Notes: generated by a model from the letters alone, not told the origin. A DNA stretch of 64,000 nucleotides from Bacilli bacterium (GCA_017398545.1 JAFQFT010000021.1:95261-159260), one strand, 5' to 3'. Positions 1 through 9,180 are shown, counted from the first letter of the stretch. Translations and numbers: made by a program.

Positions 1-1220
1 AAATCTGCAACTATTTCTTTATCCATTGGTTCTACACCATTAACAATATCCATACAAGTACTAACAGCAATATCTTTAATAGGTTCTCTTTTACTAATAC
101 CATCAATTCCAGTAAATCGTTCGATTATAGAATTACCACCGTAACTTACATTTCCTGTTCTTACAAAACCATACATATGATTTGAATATTTACCTGTTGT
201 ATATCTTGCTGTATAATTCCAGTCAAATCCATTATATTTAATTTTTAATGGTCTCCAAGGCATTTTATTATACTTGTTATTTACATATAATATTGACATC
301 ATTGTGTATAGATGAAATAAATTTTCTTCTTTCATTAATCCTTTATATATATTTAAGTTTTTAGCATCATTGTAAATACATTTAAACGCATCATAAATTC
401 TATCTTTAATAGGGTTTACAAATTTAAGGAAATTTTCATCATAGAACTTATCATATTTATCAAACCATATAATAAAGTCAGTTCGATATTTTCCTTTCTT
501 TTCTTCAACTAATGCTTCTCTTTTTAATAAGTTTTTAACACTATCTTCAATATAATATGCAGGTACTCCGCATATCTTAGCAAGTTCTTCAATTGTTTTT
601 GGTTCTTCATAACAATGATATAAAATATTTTGTGATAAGGCATCACTAATATAAGTATCAGGAAATGGGATATTTTCACCATCAAAGTTCCCATTACCAT
701 AAATGTTAATTTTCATTTTAATTGGTTTTAATGCACTTTCTTCCATATTTTCTAACTCCTCTTTAATTTTATTTCTTGCAACTTTTAATCTCCAAGAAAT
801 GGTACCTTCTGGGATATTAAGTTTTTCTGAAATTTCTTTTACTGAAAGGTTATCATAATAGTGTAATATTATAGTTTCTCGATATATTGATGATAACATT
901 GCGATATGTTTTCTTAATCTATTGTACAATTCGATTTTCTCATAGTCACTATCATTATCATCTTGGTATTCATCTAATACATCATATTGATACATTTCTT
1001 TTTCTTTTGCTTTTTTTCTTCTAAACACTTTTAGAGTGTTTCTTGCGATACCAAATAACCAAGGTTCAAACTTACTTTCATCTCTTAAATAGGGTAATTC
1101 TTTTACTGCAGTTAAAAGAATCTCTTGGGATAAATCTTGTGCTTCATCCGTATTATATGTATTATTTAATGCATACCCATATATTTTTTCAATATACATC
1201 TCTAAAATATTTACATCCAT
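1..1220 (-). CDS. Sigma-70 family (ECF-like) RNA polymerase sigma factor with long C-terminal extension; 3' end lies outside the window
   Basis: Manual translation from ATG at 1220 (RBS GGTGGTGA upstream) stays open to coordinate 1. Region 2-like segment (...DEAQDLSQEILLTAVKELPYLRDESKFEPWLFGIARN...) and region 4 HTH (...RETIILHYYDNLSVKEISEKLNIPEGTISWRLKVARNKIKE...). Absent from the ORF track because no stop codon falls inside the window. Confidence 0.6.
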   Translation of the reverse strand, partial: MDVNILEMYIEKIYGYALNNTYNTDEAQDLSQEILLTAVKELPYLRDESKFEPWLFGIARNTLKVFRRKKAKEKEMYQYDVLDEYQDDNDSDYEKIELYNRLRKHIAMLSSIYRETIILHYYDNLSVKEISEKLNIPEGTISWRLKVARNKIKEELENMEESALKPIKMKINIYGNGNFDGENIPFPDTYISDALSQNILYHCYEEPKTIEELAKICGVPAYYIEDSVKNLLKREALVEEKKGKYRTDFIIWFDKYDKFYDENFLKFVNPIKDRIYDAFKCIYNDAKNLNIYKGLMKEENLFHLYTMMSILYVNNKYNKMPWRPLKIKYNGFDWNYTARYTTGKYSNHMYGFVRTGNVSYGGNSIIERFTGIDGISKREPIKDIAVSTCMDIVNGVEPMDKEIVAD

Positions 1221-1315
1221 TATTTCACCACCTTTCACCTATAAAGTGCATTTTTTACTATTTTCATTGGGTGTTTTATAAAATTAATTATACTATTTTT
1301 TTTAGTTTTTTTCCA

Positions 1316-1351
1316 GTATAAAAATCAGTAAGCACATATTAGTACTTACTG
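1316..1351 (-). terminator. Rho-independent terminator after the 299-aa regulator gene
   Basis: Hairpin CAGTAAG-N12-CTTACTG followed on the minus strand by a U-run (ATTTTTATA). Confidence 0.5.
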
Positions 1352-1361
1352 AAAAGTATTC

Positions 1362-2261
1362 TTATTTATTGATACTATACTTAAGTTTTTCCAATAATTC
1401 AATTTCTTGATTATTTAATCCTATTAAATCACTTCTATTTACTACTTCATTTACAGCAGTTTTAATAATTTTTACAATAACATCATAATCTGAATCATTA
1501 GAAATATTATTATATAAACTAACTAATTTTTCTACTTTAGATAGTTTTTCAACATTTGATAACTTTTTATTATATGAAATTTGTTTACCTAGTTTATTAC
1601 CAACAAATATTGCAAGTTCATATAAGTTTTGTGTTAACTGATTATAAAACTCTTTAGTACCTTTTTGATAAAGTTGTTCAATTTTTTGACCACTTGTATG
1701 ATAAAATGATGGAAAATTATTTAATAGTTCTAAAGCACCTAGTTCATCACCTTTTGCATATAATACTTTAGCTTTATATGTAATTGCTTCTAATCTATAG
1801 TTTTCTACATTACAACCTTCTAATATAATATCACATACTTTAAATATCTCTTTTTCATTTTGAACAAGTACTTTAGTATCATTATCTGCAGTTCCACCTG
1901 TTAAGAAGAATAAATATTTTACCATTATTTCATAATCATTAGGATACTTTAATCTTGCAGCAAATGTTAATTCTTTCGCTTTACCCCAATCATTATTAAT
2001 AGGCCAAGCCAAATTAATTTCTTCTTTAACCTTTTTAATTTCTTCTTCTATAAGCATATAGTCATAACCCATTAATTCATCAATAGATACACCAAAGAAA
2101 TGGGATAAAGGAAATAATAAAGTTATATCTGGATACGTTTCATCATTTTCCCATTTACTAACTGCAGCTGGGGTAACATTAAAGATCTCAGCTAATCCTT
2201 CTTGAGTTATCTTTTTTTCTTTTCTTAATCTTTTAATATTTTCTGAAATTTTAATATTCAT
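1362..2261 (-). CDS. XRE-type HTH regulator with TPR-like C-terminal domain (RNPP/PlcR-Rgg-like architecture)
   Basis: N-terminal HTH_3 (KRLRKEKKITQEGLAEIFNVTPAAVSKWENDETYPDITLL) followed by ~230 aa of helical repeat-like sequence. Confidence 0.55.
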   Translation of the reverse strand: MNIKISENIKRLRKEKKITQEGLAEIFNVTPAAVSKWENDETYPDITLLFPLSHFFGVSIDELMGYDYMLIEEEIKKVKEEINLAWPINNDWGKAKELTFAARLKYPNDYEIMVKYLFFLTGGTADNDTKVLVQNEKEIFKVCDIILEGCNVENYRLEAITYKAKVLYAKGDELGALELLNNFPSFYHTSGQKIEQLYQKGTKEFYNQLTQNLYELAIFVGNKLGKQISYNKKLSNVEKLSKVEKLVSLYNNISNDSDYDVIVKIIKTAVNEVVNRSDLIGLNNQEIELLEKLKYSINK

Positions 2262-2326
2262 AAATACATTCCTTTCTTAAGCATATTTGCTATTATATTT
2301 TTTGTAATATCGGCCTTAATTACAAT

Positions 2327-2354
2327 GTGAATAAATTAATAATATTATTCACAC
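2327..2354. promoter_or_regulatory. Palindromic operator-like site upstream of the RNPP-like regulator (GTGAATAA-N12-TTATTCAC)
   Basis: 8-bp perfect inverted repeat ~70 bp upstream of the start at 2261. Confidence 0.35.
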
Positions 2355-2479
2355 TAATATTATATCAAGAAAAAATTGTATTTACCACCCACTGTTAGTT
2401 AACCATTTATTAACTTTGAGTTAAGTTATTAAGTTTTAATATAGCACTGTTAAATATAAAAAGATGTTTTAAATACAAT

Positions 2480-2525
2480 AAAAACAAAAATACCATTTTT
2501 CCTAAATTAGGATTAATGGTATTTT
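2480..2525 (-). terminator. Rho-independent terminator after the XRE regulator 2529..3506
   Basis: AATACCATT...AATGGTATT stem with nested CCTAA/TTAGG, U-run on the minus strand. Confidence 0.45.
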
Positions 2526-2528
2526 TTC

Positions 2529-3506
2529 TTACTCAGATTCAATAATCTTTTCATCGTAATTTGAATTTCTAGTATATATATACTCATCACCAGAACATCC
2601 ATCTAATATTATTTCATCATCAGTATAACGCTTTACAAGCCATTCAATGGTATATTCTATTTTATTATTTTCATAATTAGTTATAAAATCATATCCTGAA
2701 GTGCACCATGATTCTTTATTTTCAATTTCACCATTATAGTTTCTAATTCTAAAATTTTGCATTCCTCCACGTAATCCTAAATCAAATGCTTCATTAAATG
2801 ATGCACAACAATAAATATTTTCATTTTCTCTTTGAATAGTGAAAGCATAATCTTTTTTTGGTGTAGTTATAATAAAAATAAATTGTGTACCATCTACTTC
2901 AAGACTACTTTGTGCTCTCCATATAATTAACGCTTTTCTTATACCTACTTCACTTACTTTTGGATTTATAATTTTTTGTGATGTTGTATAAAATTTTTCA
3001 ATTCTATTCATTTTTTTAGTAATAAATGGATCAAATTTCTCTCCAATATATTCTTTAATATTCTCATCATTATAATAAAGTTTATCTGCATATTTGTATG
3101 CATATTTTGTTTTCGCTAAATCATCATCTCTTTCAACAACAGCAATTAATGATTTTTTATTTTCAAATCCTTGATATAACTTAACTCCAAATATATGTTC
3201 ACTTAAGGCATAAAAATATAAAGAATATTTATTAGTGACAACAATTTCAGCATTTCTTGATTTATAAACTCCACACACAAAACTATCATACTTTACATCG
3301 AAAGTTTCAATTCCCTCAATTAATAGTGAATCAGTAGTTACTTTAAATATTTTACTTATTAGGACAATTTTCTCTAGTTCTGGATATACTTGATCCAATT
3401 CCCACTTTGATACTGTTTGACGAGTAACACCAATTCTTTCTCCGAAAGCTTCTTGAGATAATCCTGCTTGAATTCTAATTTCTTGTATTCTATTACCTAA
3501 TGTCAT
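2529..3506 (-). CDS. XRE-family HTH transcriptional regulator with uncharacterised C-terminal domain
   Basis: N-terminal HTH (IQEIRIQAGLSQEAFGERIGVTRQTVSKWELDQVYPELEKIVLISKIF). Confidence 0.55.
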   Translation of the reverse strand: MTLGNRIQEIRIQAGLSQEAFGERIGVTRQTVSKWELDQVYPELEKIVLISKIFKVTTDSLLIEGIETFDVKYDSFVCGVYKSRNAEIVVTNKYSLYFYALSEHIFGVKLYQGFENKKSLIAVVERDDDLAKTKYAYKYADKLYYNDENIKEYIGEKFDPFITKKMNRIEKFYTTSQKIINPKVSEVGIRKALIIWRAQSSLEVDGTQFIFIITTPKKDYAFTIQRENENIYCCASFNEAFDLGLRGGMQNFRIRNYNGEIENKESWCTSGYDFITNYENNKIEYTIEWLVKRYTDDEIILDGCSGDEYIYTRNSNYDEKIIESE

Positions 3507-3864
3507 ATATGAATCTCCTTATTCGATAATTTACACTAACATTATATCATTTTATTATCAATAAAGTCTACCACTTCAAAGTGGAACTTTGTCACTTCAT
3601 GGTTGACACTATTATAACATACTTTTAAAATTATTACAAATATTTTTTCTAAGTCTTTAGTTTTCTTTAATTCATATTTTTTCATAAAACATCAAAAAAA
3701 TTGCATCCATCAGGATACAACATTTAAGAGCAGGTTATAAGACCAATATATATAAACAATAAAATATAGGAATTCTTTAATACCTAACTGCTACGATATC
3801 TATTATTTTTTGGTGTATGGGACTATATTTATAAGTCACTTATAAATATAGTCCCATAAAAATC

Positions 3865-5190
3865 TTATTTAATTACTTTCCATCTTCCCATTTTCTTAGA
3901 ACCTATTCTTTCAATTACACCTTTAACTTGTAGGCTACTAAGAATTCTCTCTATCGTTCTTTTTGATAAAGACAATTCATTAGCTATTGTTTCAGCTGTA
4001 GAATTTGGATTTTCTAGTAATATTTTTATTACTTCATCCTCTGAATGTGTTAAATTTAAACCGACATTTAAACCGACATTTAAACCGACATTTTGTTGTT
4101 CTAAAACTTTTCCATCGAACGGAATAATGACTTTGATATAATTATCTTTTATCTCGAAAGCTTGTCTTCCATATCTTTTTATAATGGTAGGGATTCCATG
4201 TCCAGTATGCTCTACAATACCCATATTAAGAAAAATCCTCATTAGCTTTTCATTTCTCGGAATACTAATTCCTTCTAAAAAGTTTTCAATTGTCTGATTA
4301 TGTGGTAAACCACCATGAGATAAAATTTCTATTCTATTACTAAAAAAGGATACAAGAGGTTCAGTAATACTCCAATCATTGTGAACAATTGCATTAACAA
4401 TAGCCTCATTAACACAGTCAAAATCAAACAAATAAGTATCTTTTCGAGGTCTTACAGTTGTATCTGTCACACAAATATTTTCTGACACTAATCGATTTTT
4501 TAGTTGTTCATATGCAAAAAGTATACACTGATTCCCATAGTCACTTCTTTGAGAAATTGATGCTTTATCTTCGCCTTTAAACTTAACAAATATTAAAGAA
4601 GAGTCATTTTTATCAGAAAATAATTCTGCCATTTTATTATATTCACCTTTTTCATTTTTTAAAGATAAATTAGTTTCAAAACTATTATCATCTAAATGAA
4701 ATCCTCGTTCAGCGTAATACACTTTAAGCGTTTTAAAACTTAAATTCGGATAATTAGATTTACTTGAAATTAATAAGTCTGAATTAAAAAATTTCTTTTC
4801 ATATCTGTTTTTAATTTGATCTTGGGTCATTTCTCTGCATGAAGAGCCAACTCTAATAGAACATCCAGTAGATGAATAACCATATTTTTTTTGACAATAT
4901 AATGAGTCAGTTCCTTTTTTTATATATATTGCTATGATAGTTTTATCTCCTTCAAAAATTAATTCATTTCTTATTAATTCTTGTGGATTAGGTTCTATTT
5001 GTTGTGTAATGATATCAGCAACAGATCTGCAGGTTTCATCTATATTAGTAGTTCCAATAATTGTGCCGTCATCTTTTACACCAATATATATAGTCCCACC
5101 ATCAGCATTTAGAAAAGAAACTATTTCTTTACATATTGAACTTGTAAACTTTTCTTTCAATTCGATTACGTTTGACTCTTGATAATTCAT
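3865..5190 (-). CDS. AlbA_2 (Schlafen-like, 'divergent AAA') + HATPase_c_4 (RecG C-terminal-like) + C-terminal wHTH protein, paralog 1
   Basis: N-terminal NVIELKEKF...GGTIYIGVKDDGTIIG motif block; C-terminal HTH (SKRTIERILSSLQVKGVIERIGSKKMGRW). Likely start is the internal Met (MNYQES) at 5190, preceded by GGAGG and a consensus promoter. The track ORF extends to 5226. Confidence 0.6.
   Translation of the reverse strand: MNYQESNVIELKEKFTSSICKEIVSFLNADGGTIYIGVKDDGTIIGTTNIDETCRSVADIITQQIEPNPQELIRNELIFEGDKTIIAIYIKKGTDSLYCQKKYGYSSTGCSIRVGSSCREMTQDQIKNRYEKKFFNSDLLISSKSNYPNLSFKTLKVYYAERGFHLDDNSFETNLSLKNEKGEYNKMAELFSDKNDSSLIFVKFKGEDKASISQRSDYGNQCILFAYEQLKNRLVSENICVTDTTVRPRKDTYLFDFDCVNEAIVNAIVHNDWSITEPLVSFFSNRIEILSHGGLPHNQTIENFLEGISIPRNEKLMRIFLNMGIVEHTGHGIPTIIKRYGRQAFEIKDNYIKVIIPFDGKVLEQQNVGLNVGLNVGLNLTHSEDEVIKILLENPNSTAETIANELSLSKRTIERILSSLQVKGVIERIGSKKMGRWKVIK
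4058..4093. repeat. Perfect 3x tandem 12-bp repeat (AAACCGACATTT) inside the coding region of paralog 1, in frame (encodes NVGL NVGL NVGL)
   Basis: Directly visible. GC-rich CCGACA core in an AT-rich gene. The second paralog has no repeat at this position. Confidence 0.9.
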
Positions 5191-5214
5191 AAATTGACCT
5201 CCTACTATATAATC

Positions 5215-5243
5215 ATTATAACACATTTATATAATTTTGTCAA
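5215..5243 (-). promoter_or_regulatory. Sigma-A type promoter of paralog 1: TTGACA-17-TATAAT, then GGAGG RBS
   Basis: Minus-strand reading ...TTGACAaaattatataaatgtgtTATAATgattatatagtaGGAGGtcaatttATG. Confidence 0.6.
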
Positions 5244-5248
5244 TATAT

Positions 5249-5269
5249 ACCGACATAAACCGACAAAAA
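5249..5269. promoter_or_regulatory. Direct repeat ACCGACA-N3-ACCGACA (TGTCGGT x2 on the gene strand) immediately upstream of the -35; candidate activator or repressor site
   Basis: Two heptamers 10 bp apart; the same heptamer recurs 3x in the coding repeat at 4058..4093. Confidence 0.35.
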
Positions 5270-5272
5270 TTA

Positions 5273-6235
5273 TTATTCTTTTATTAGAATATATTTCCCC
5301 GGTTTTCTTCTACCAAATATATAGTCTCCTGATTTCCATTCATAAATTAAATATTCTACATTATCTATTATCACAATTTCATATTTTGCTGATATCATAC
5401 TATATTTATTATCTATCACTTTACCGTTAGTCCATAATAAATGATTTAATATAGTTCCATTAATTCTATCTTCAATTAATTTCCCATCTTTACAAAATAT
5501 TAGTCTTTGTAAAAATAGATCATCTTTTTTATCTTTTATTACTTCTCCAATATCATCACTATATGTAAATGCAATTGTTTTCCATATTCCTAATACAGTT
5601 CCATCATTTACAAATTCATAAGTAACATCATCTACTTGTCTTATATCATCTAAAGAATATTCTTTATTATCGATTTTTCTAAATTTAACAATCTTTCCTA
5701 TTACTCCATTTACATCTACAACACTTAATATTAATATGTCATTTTGTATTTCATATGGATGATAAGTATCAATAATTTTCAAATATCCTTTAGTCCAACT
5801 AAACACCCAATATTCTTTTCCATTAGGTAAAAAATATAACTCTTTAAATGGGAATGGCTCATTTTCTAATAGTTCCCATTTACCAATCACTTTATCATCA
5901 TTTACAAATACCAATTCACTACACTCTCCTTTTTCAATCATCGATTCAATATGATTAATATTTTTCTTTATATTAATTATTTGATCTTTTAAAGATTCAA
6001 CTTTTGAAACAAGTAGATTAGGATTAATATTTTTAATTTCTTCTAATGTGAAGCCCATATTCTTATATTGTAATATCATTAATAATTGTTCTATATTCTT
6101 CTCATCATAATATCTATAACCTGTATATTTATCAATATAAGTTGGTTTGATTAACCCTTTTTCTTCATAAAATCTAATTGTTTTTACACTAATACCTACA
6201 GCATTAGAAAAATCACCTATTCTTAAATATTTCAT
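5273..6235 (-). CDS. MerR-family transcriptional regulator with large C-terminal effector-type domain
   Basis: N-terminal MerR HTH (LRIGDFSNAVGISVKTIRFYEEKGLIKPTYIDKYTGYRYYDEKNIEQL). Confidence 0.6.
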   Translation of the reverse strand: MKYLRIGDFSNAVGISVKTIRFYEEKGLIKPTYIDKYTGYRYYDEKNIEQLLMILQYKNMGFTLEEIKNINPNLLVSKVESLKDQIINIKKNINHIESMIEKGECSELVFVNDDKVIGKWELLENEPFPFKELYFLPNGKEYWVFSWTKGYLKIIDTYHPYEIQNDILILSVVDVNGVIGKIVKFRKIDNKEYSLDDIRQVDDVTYEFVNDGTVLGIWKTIAFTYSDDIGEVIKDKKDDLFLQRLIFCKDGKLIEDRINGTILNHLLWTNGKVIDNKYSMISAKYEIVIIDNVEYLIYEWKSGDYIFGRRKPGKYILIKE

Positions 6236-6279
6236 AAAGCCTCCTTTGTAATAATTGCTAGCTAACTTATTACGATATG

Positions 6280-6310
6280 ATTATAACATTACAGTTAACT
6301 GGAGAGTCAA
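6280..6310 (-). promoter_or_regulatory. MerR-type promoter: TTGACT-19 bp spacer-TATAAT with palindrome CAGTTAACTG in the spacer, upstream of the MerR-like gene
   Basis: Minus-strand reading TTGACTctccagttaactgtaatgtTATAAT, then AAAGGAGG and ATG. The 19-bp spacer with a dyad is the MerR-family hallmark. Confidence 0.45.
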
Positions 6311-6364
6311 GTAAAGTATCTTAATTATATTATACATTATAAAAAAGTCAATTTCAAATAAATA

Positions 6365-6560
6365 TAGTTCAAATCCAATCAACCGACTAAATTTCCAATA
6401 ACCCTAAAATAACCTTTATTCAAATCCCTTTAATTGAACAAAAACTAAAATATCCATAGAAAATAAAATTACTCCAAATATGGAACAAAATCTTTAAAAG
6501 AGGTCCTAAAACCTCTATATTTGAACTACAAGTCAAATGACTTATAGACACATTCTAATG
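6365..6560. repeat. Copy 1 of a ~200-bp intergenic repeat family (begins TAGTTCAAATCCAATCAACCGACT, ends GACTTATAGACACATTCTAATG)
   Basis: ~85% identical to copy 2. Carries a conserved hairpin with compensatory stem changes (AGAGGT/ACCTCT here, TAGGT/ACCTA in copy 2). Confidence 0.8.
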
Positions 6561-6644
6561 CCTAACTGCTACGATATCTATCTTTTATATAGATGTATGG
6601 GACTATAAGTCGCTTGTGAAATATAGTCCCATTTTTTCGTTTTA

Positions 6645-7934
6645 TTATAGTATCTCCCAATAACCCGTTTTATTAGAGCCTACTCTTTTTATTACTCCTT
6701 TTTCCTTTAAACCCTTTATTGCAACATTAATTGCTGTTTGCTTTATATCTAACAATTCACCTAATTGAGCTACAGTAATATTAATATTTTCTTTTAATGC
6801 ATTTAAAACTTTTTGTTCAGATTTTGTCAACTCTATTTTTGTTGAACTTCCATTACTATGTGTTGAACTAACAACAGCATATGGGATTGTGACGGTAATG
6901 AAATTATCAGTAATTTCAAAAACATTTCTTCCATATTTGCTCACAATTAATGGTACTCCATGCCCAGTTTGTTCAATTAGATTCAACTGTCCCATTATTT
7001 TTTGTAATTCTATATTAACTGGATTGCTTCTACCTCTAAAGAAATCTTCTTCTGAAAAATCTACTGGCAGTCCACCTGTTGAAATAATCTCAATTCTATT
7101 AGAATACAAATATACTGCAGGAGGTGTATGACGTGACCACTTATTGTGCAAACATGCATTAAGCCATGCTTCTCTGAAACAACTAAAATCAAATAATTTT
7201 GTTTCTTTTCTTATAGATCCATCCATATTTACAAAAGTTTCATTTAATGATTCGACATAATCAAGCACTTGTTGAATTGCTAAAATTAAACATTTATATC
7301 CGTATTCATTTCTTTTAACTAAATTTATTTTATCAACTCCACTAAATTTTGCAACTTTAATAGAATAAGTGTTATTATCAGATAATATATCAGCCATTAA
7401 ATTGTACTTATTATCACTAGTAACTAGATTCAAATTATATTTAAACGTTTCTTCATTTAATGTTAAACCATTAATCATATATAGATTTTTTAGTTGATTA
7501 AATGTTAAAAACTGATTATTCGATTCTATTCTAACAATCGAATCAGAATCGTTTCTCCTCATTAACTGTTTTAAATTATCAGGAGATATATCTCTATCCT
7601 CATCTGATGATCTAATATAATATCTTCCATAAGCTGAATATGGTTTATGATCCCCTTTTACTTCTACTTTTACTATTGTCATATCATCTATAAATTCTAC
7701 CAATATAGTAGGGATAATTTGTGGTTTAATAAAATTTGCTATTGCTTGAGATATATTCTTTAAAGTCATCGAACCAATTTCTTGTCCTATCACTAGTCCA
7801 TCATTTTTAACACCAAAATATAATATACCATATCCGCTTTTATTTAACATTGAGGACAATGATATTACACCTTCTTTTAATTCACTAATTGATTTTTTAA
7901 ACTCTAGAGTTTCGTTTTCAGTACCTAAATTCAT
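6645..7934 (-). CDS. AlbA_2 (Schlafen-like) + HATPase_c_4 + wHTH protein, paralog 2
   Basis: Same architecture as 3865..5190 (LEFKKSISELKEG...GYGILYFGVKNDGLVIG; C-terminal KEKGVIKRVGSNKTGYW). Probable start MNLGTENE at 7934 after GGAGG. Its 3' flank shares sequence with paralog 1 (CCTAACTGCTACGATATCTAT plus a TGGGACTATA...TATAGTCCCA hairpin). Confidence 0.6.
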   Translation of the reverse strand: MNLGTENETLEFKKSISELKEGVISLSSMLNKSGYGILYFGVKNDGLVIGQEIGSMTLKNISQAIANFIKPQIIPTILVEFIDDMTIVKVEVKGDHKPYSAYGRYYIRSSDEDRDISPDNLKQLMRRNDSDSIVRIESNNQFLTFNQLKNLYMINGLTLNEETFKYNLNLVTSDNKYNLMADILSDNNTYSIKVAKFSGVDKINLVKRNEYGYKCLILAIQQVLDYVESLNETFVNMDGSIRKETKLFDFSCFREAWLNACLHNKWSRHTPPAVYLYSNRIEIISTGGLPVDFSEEDFFRGRSNPVNIELQKIMGQLNLIEQTGHGVPLIVSKYGRNVFEITDNFITVTIPYAVVSSTHSNGSSTKIELTKSEQKVLNALKENINITVAQLGELLDIKQTAINVAIKGLKEKGVIKRVGSNKTGYWEIL

Positions 7935-7983
7935 AATAACCTCCAAACTTATTATATTTTTATTATACGTTTATTCTACATTT

Positions 7984-8012
7984 ATTATACACTTTATTAT
8001 TCATATTTTCAA
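7984..8012 (-). promoter_or_regulatory. Promoter of paralog 2: TTGAAA-17-TATAAT
   Basis: Minus-strand reading TTGAAAatatgaataataaagtgTATAAT, then GGAGG RBS. Confidence 0.5.
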
Positions 8013-8283
8013 GTGAAATAAATTATATATTATAATATATTGAAACAAAAAAAGCATTATAGCCTTTCATCTACATTAATAGTTTAGAGTTTCTCCATTA
8101 ATGTATTTCCATACTTGTCTTTCCATTTCACTTAATATTTCTTGTCCTTCTATATACACATCATAATCTTTGATGTCAACAGAATAGTCCAAGTAATTAT
8201 GTACTAAAACTATCAATAAGTCCAGACAAATGAGAAAGTAAAAAGCCAGCTAACTTTTTTGTTTGATTAACTAGCTCATATCA

Positions 8284-9180
8284 TTATTTTTCAGCAATAT
8301 CTTTAATATCATCAATTGTTAAATATCCATTATTATATGCATCAGTTAAAGAATAAAGTGTTGAATTGTAACACGCATATATAGGATAACATGCATCGTA
8401 AGTAATAGTTATATCTCCAAATGTTTCAACCATCGGCATAAATACATCAGTATGTACATAGTTATCCCATGTAACTGTTGCAACTAAACAATCGTTATAC
8501 TCCCCATATACATCTAGCATATAAATATCTCTATACATTTGGTCATCATACTTAATGTTTAATATTTGATTTCTAAATGCATCTTTAAATTCTTGCATTT
8601 TAGAATAACGCATTATATATTTATTTTTTATATTTGAGTTATTAAATTCTACATTATAATTAATTTCAAAATTACTGGTTTTATATAATTTTTGTTGCCA
8701 TTCTCTTGGAATTAAGATTAGTTCATGAAAATATGAAATAACACTATCTCCTTCTTCTTGATAATCATCATATGAAATAGTTACATAAATTTGCCCATTT
8801 TCAATAAACAAGTCATAATAACTTATATCACACAAACCTTCATTCCACATTCCTTCTACTCTTTGAAAATATAATGCTACAAAGTTCTCTTTTAAATATT
8901 CTTCACTAAAATTATAATTAAATAAACTTGATAAACTTTCACATTTAATATCTTCTAAAACTTCAACAGTTGAAAATATTCCAGTTTTAAAAGTATGATT
9001 AATTTCAAATTTTGAACCATATTGTTCTTGTGAAACAAAAAATGGATACATACTATATAGTCTATCGTCATCATATTCTCCTACTGGTTGTTCAGAACCT
9101 GGTCCATTAGGTGTATCAACACAACCAACTAAAAATAATCCAAATACTAACAAAAACATACTAACTAATATTTTCTTCAT
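8284..9180 (-). CDS. Lipoprotein, function unknown
   Basis: Signal peptide + lipobox (LFLVGC). Confidence 0.45.
   Translation of the reverse strand: MKKILVSMFLLVFGLFLVGCVDTPNGPGSEQPVGEYDDDRLYSMYPFFVSQEQYGSKFEINHTFKTGIFSTVEVLEDIKCESLSSLFNYNFSEEYLKENFVALYFQRVEGMWNEGLCDISYYDLFIENGQIYVTISYDDYQEEGDSVISYFHELILIPREWQQKLYKTSNFEINYNVEFNNSNIKNKYIMRYSKMQEFKDAFRNQILNIKYDDQMYRDIYMLDVYGEYNDCLVATVTWDNYVHTDVFMPMVETFGDITITYDACYPIYACYNSTLYSLTDAYNNGYLTIDDIKDIAEK

Noticed and set aside
1043-1321. Plus-strand 92-aa ORF from the track
   Set aside because: Lies antisense within or adjacent to the sigma-factor gene and its RBS/terminator region. Low-complexity, no RBS; an artefact of AT-rich sequence.
4058-4093. 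CRISPR array
   Set aside because: Only three 12-bp direct repeats, tandem without spacers and inside a coding sequence. No CRISPR-like repeat-spacer structure anywhere in the window.
6365-6400. Repeat starts (GGTTCAAATCC...CAACCGAC) as complete tRNA genes or pseudo-tRNAs
   Set aside because: Only a T-arm/3'-acceptor-like half is recognisable. No matching 5' acceptor strand (TCGGTTG) or anticodon arm upstream in any copy, and the T-stem has a mismatch. Kept only as a possible att-like tRNA 3' remnant in the findings.
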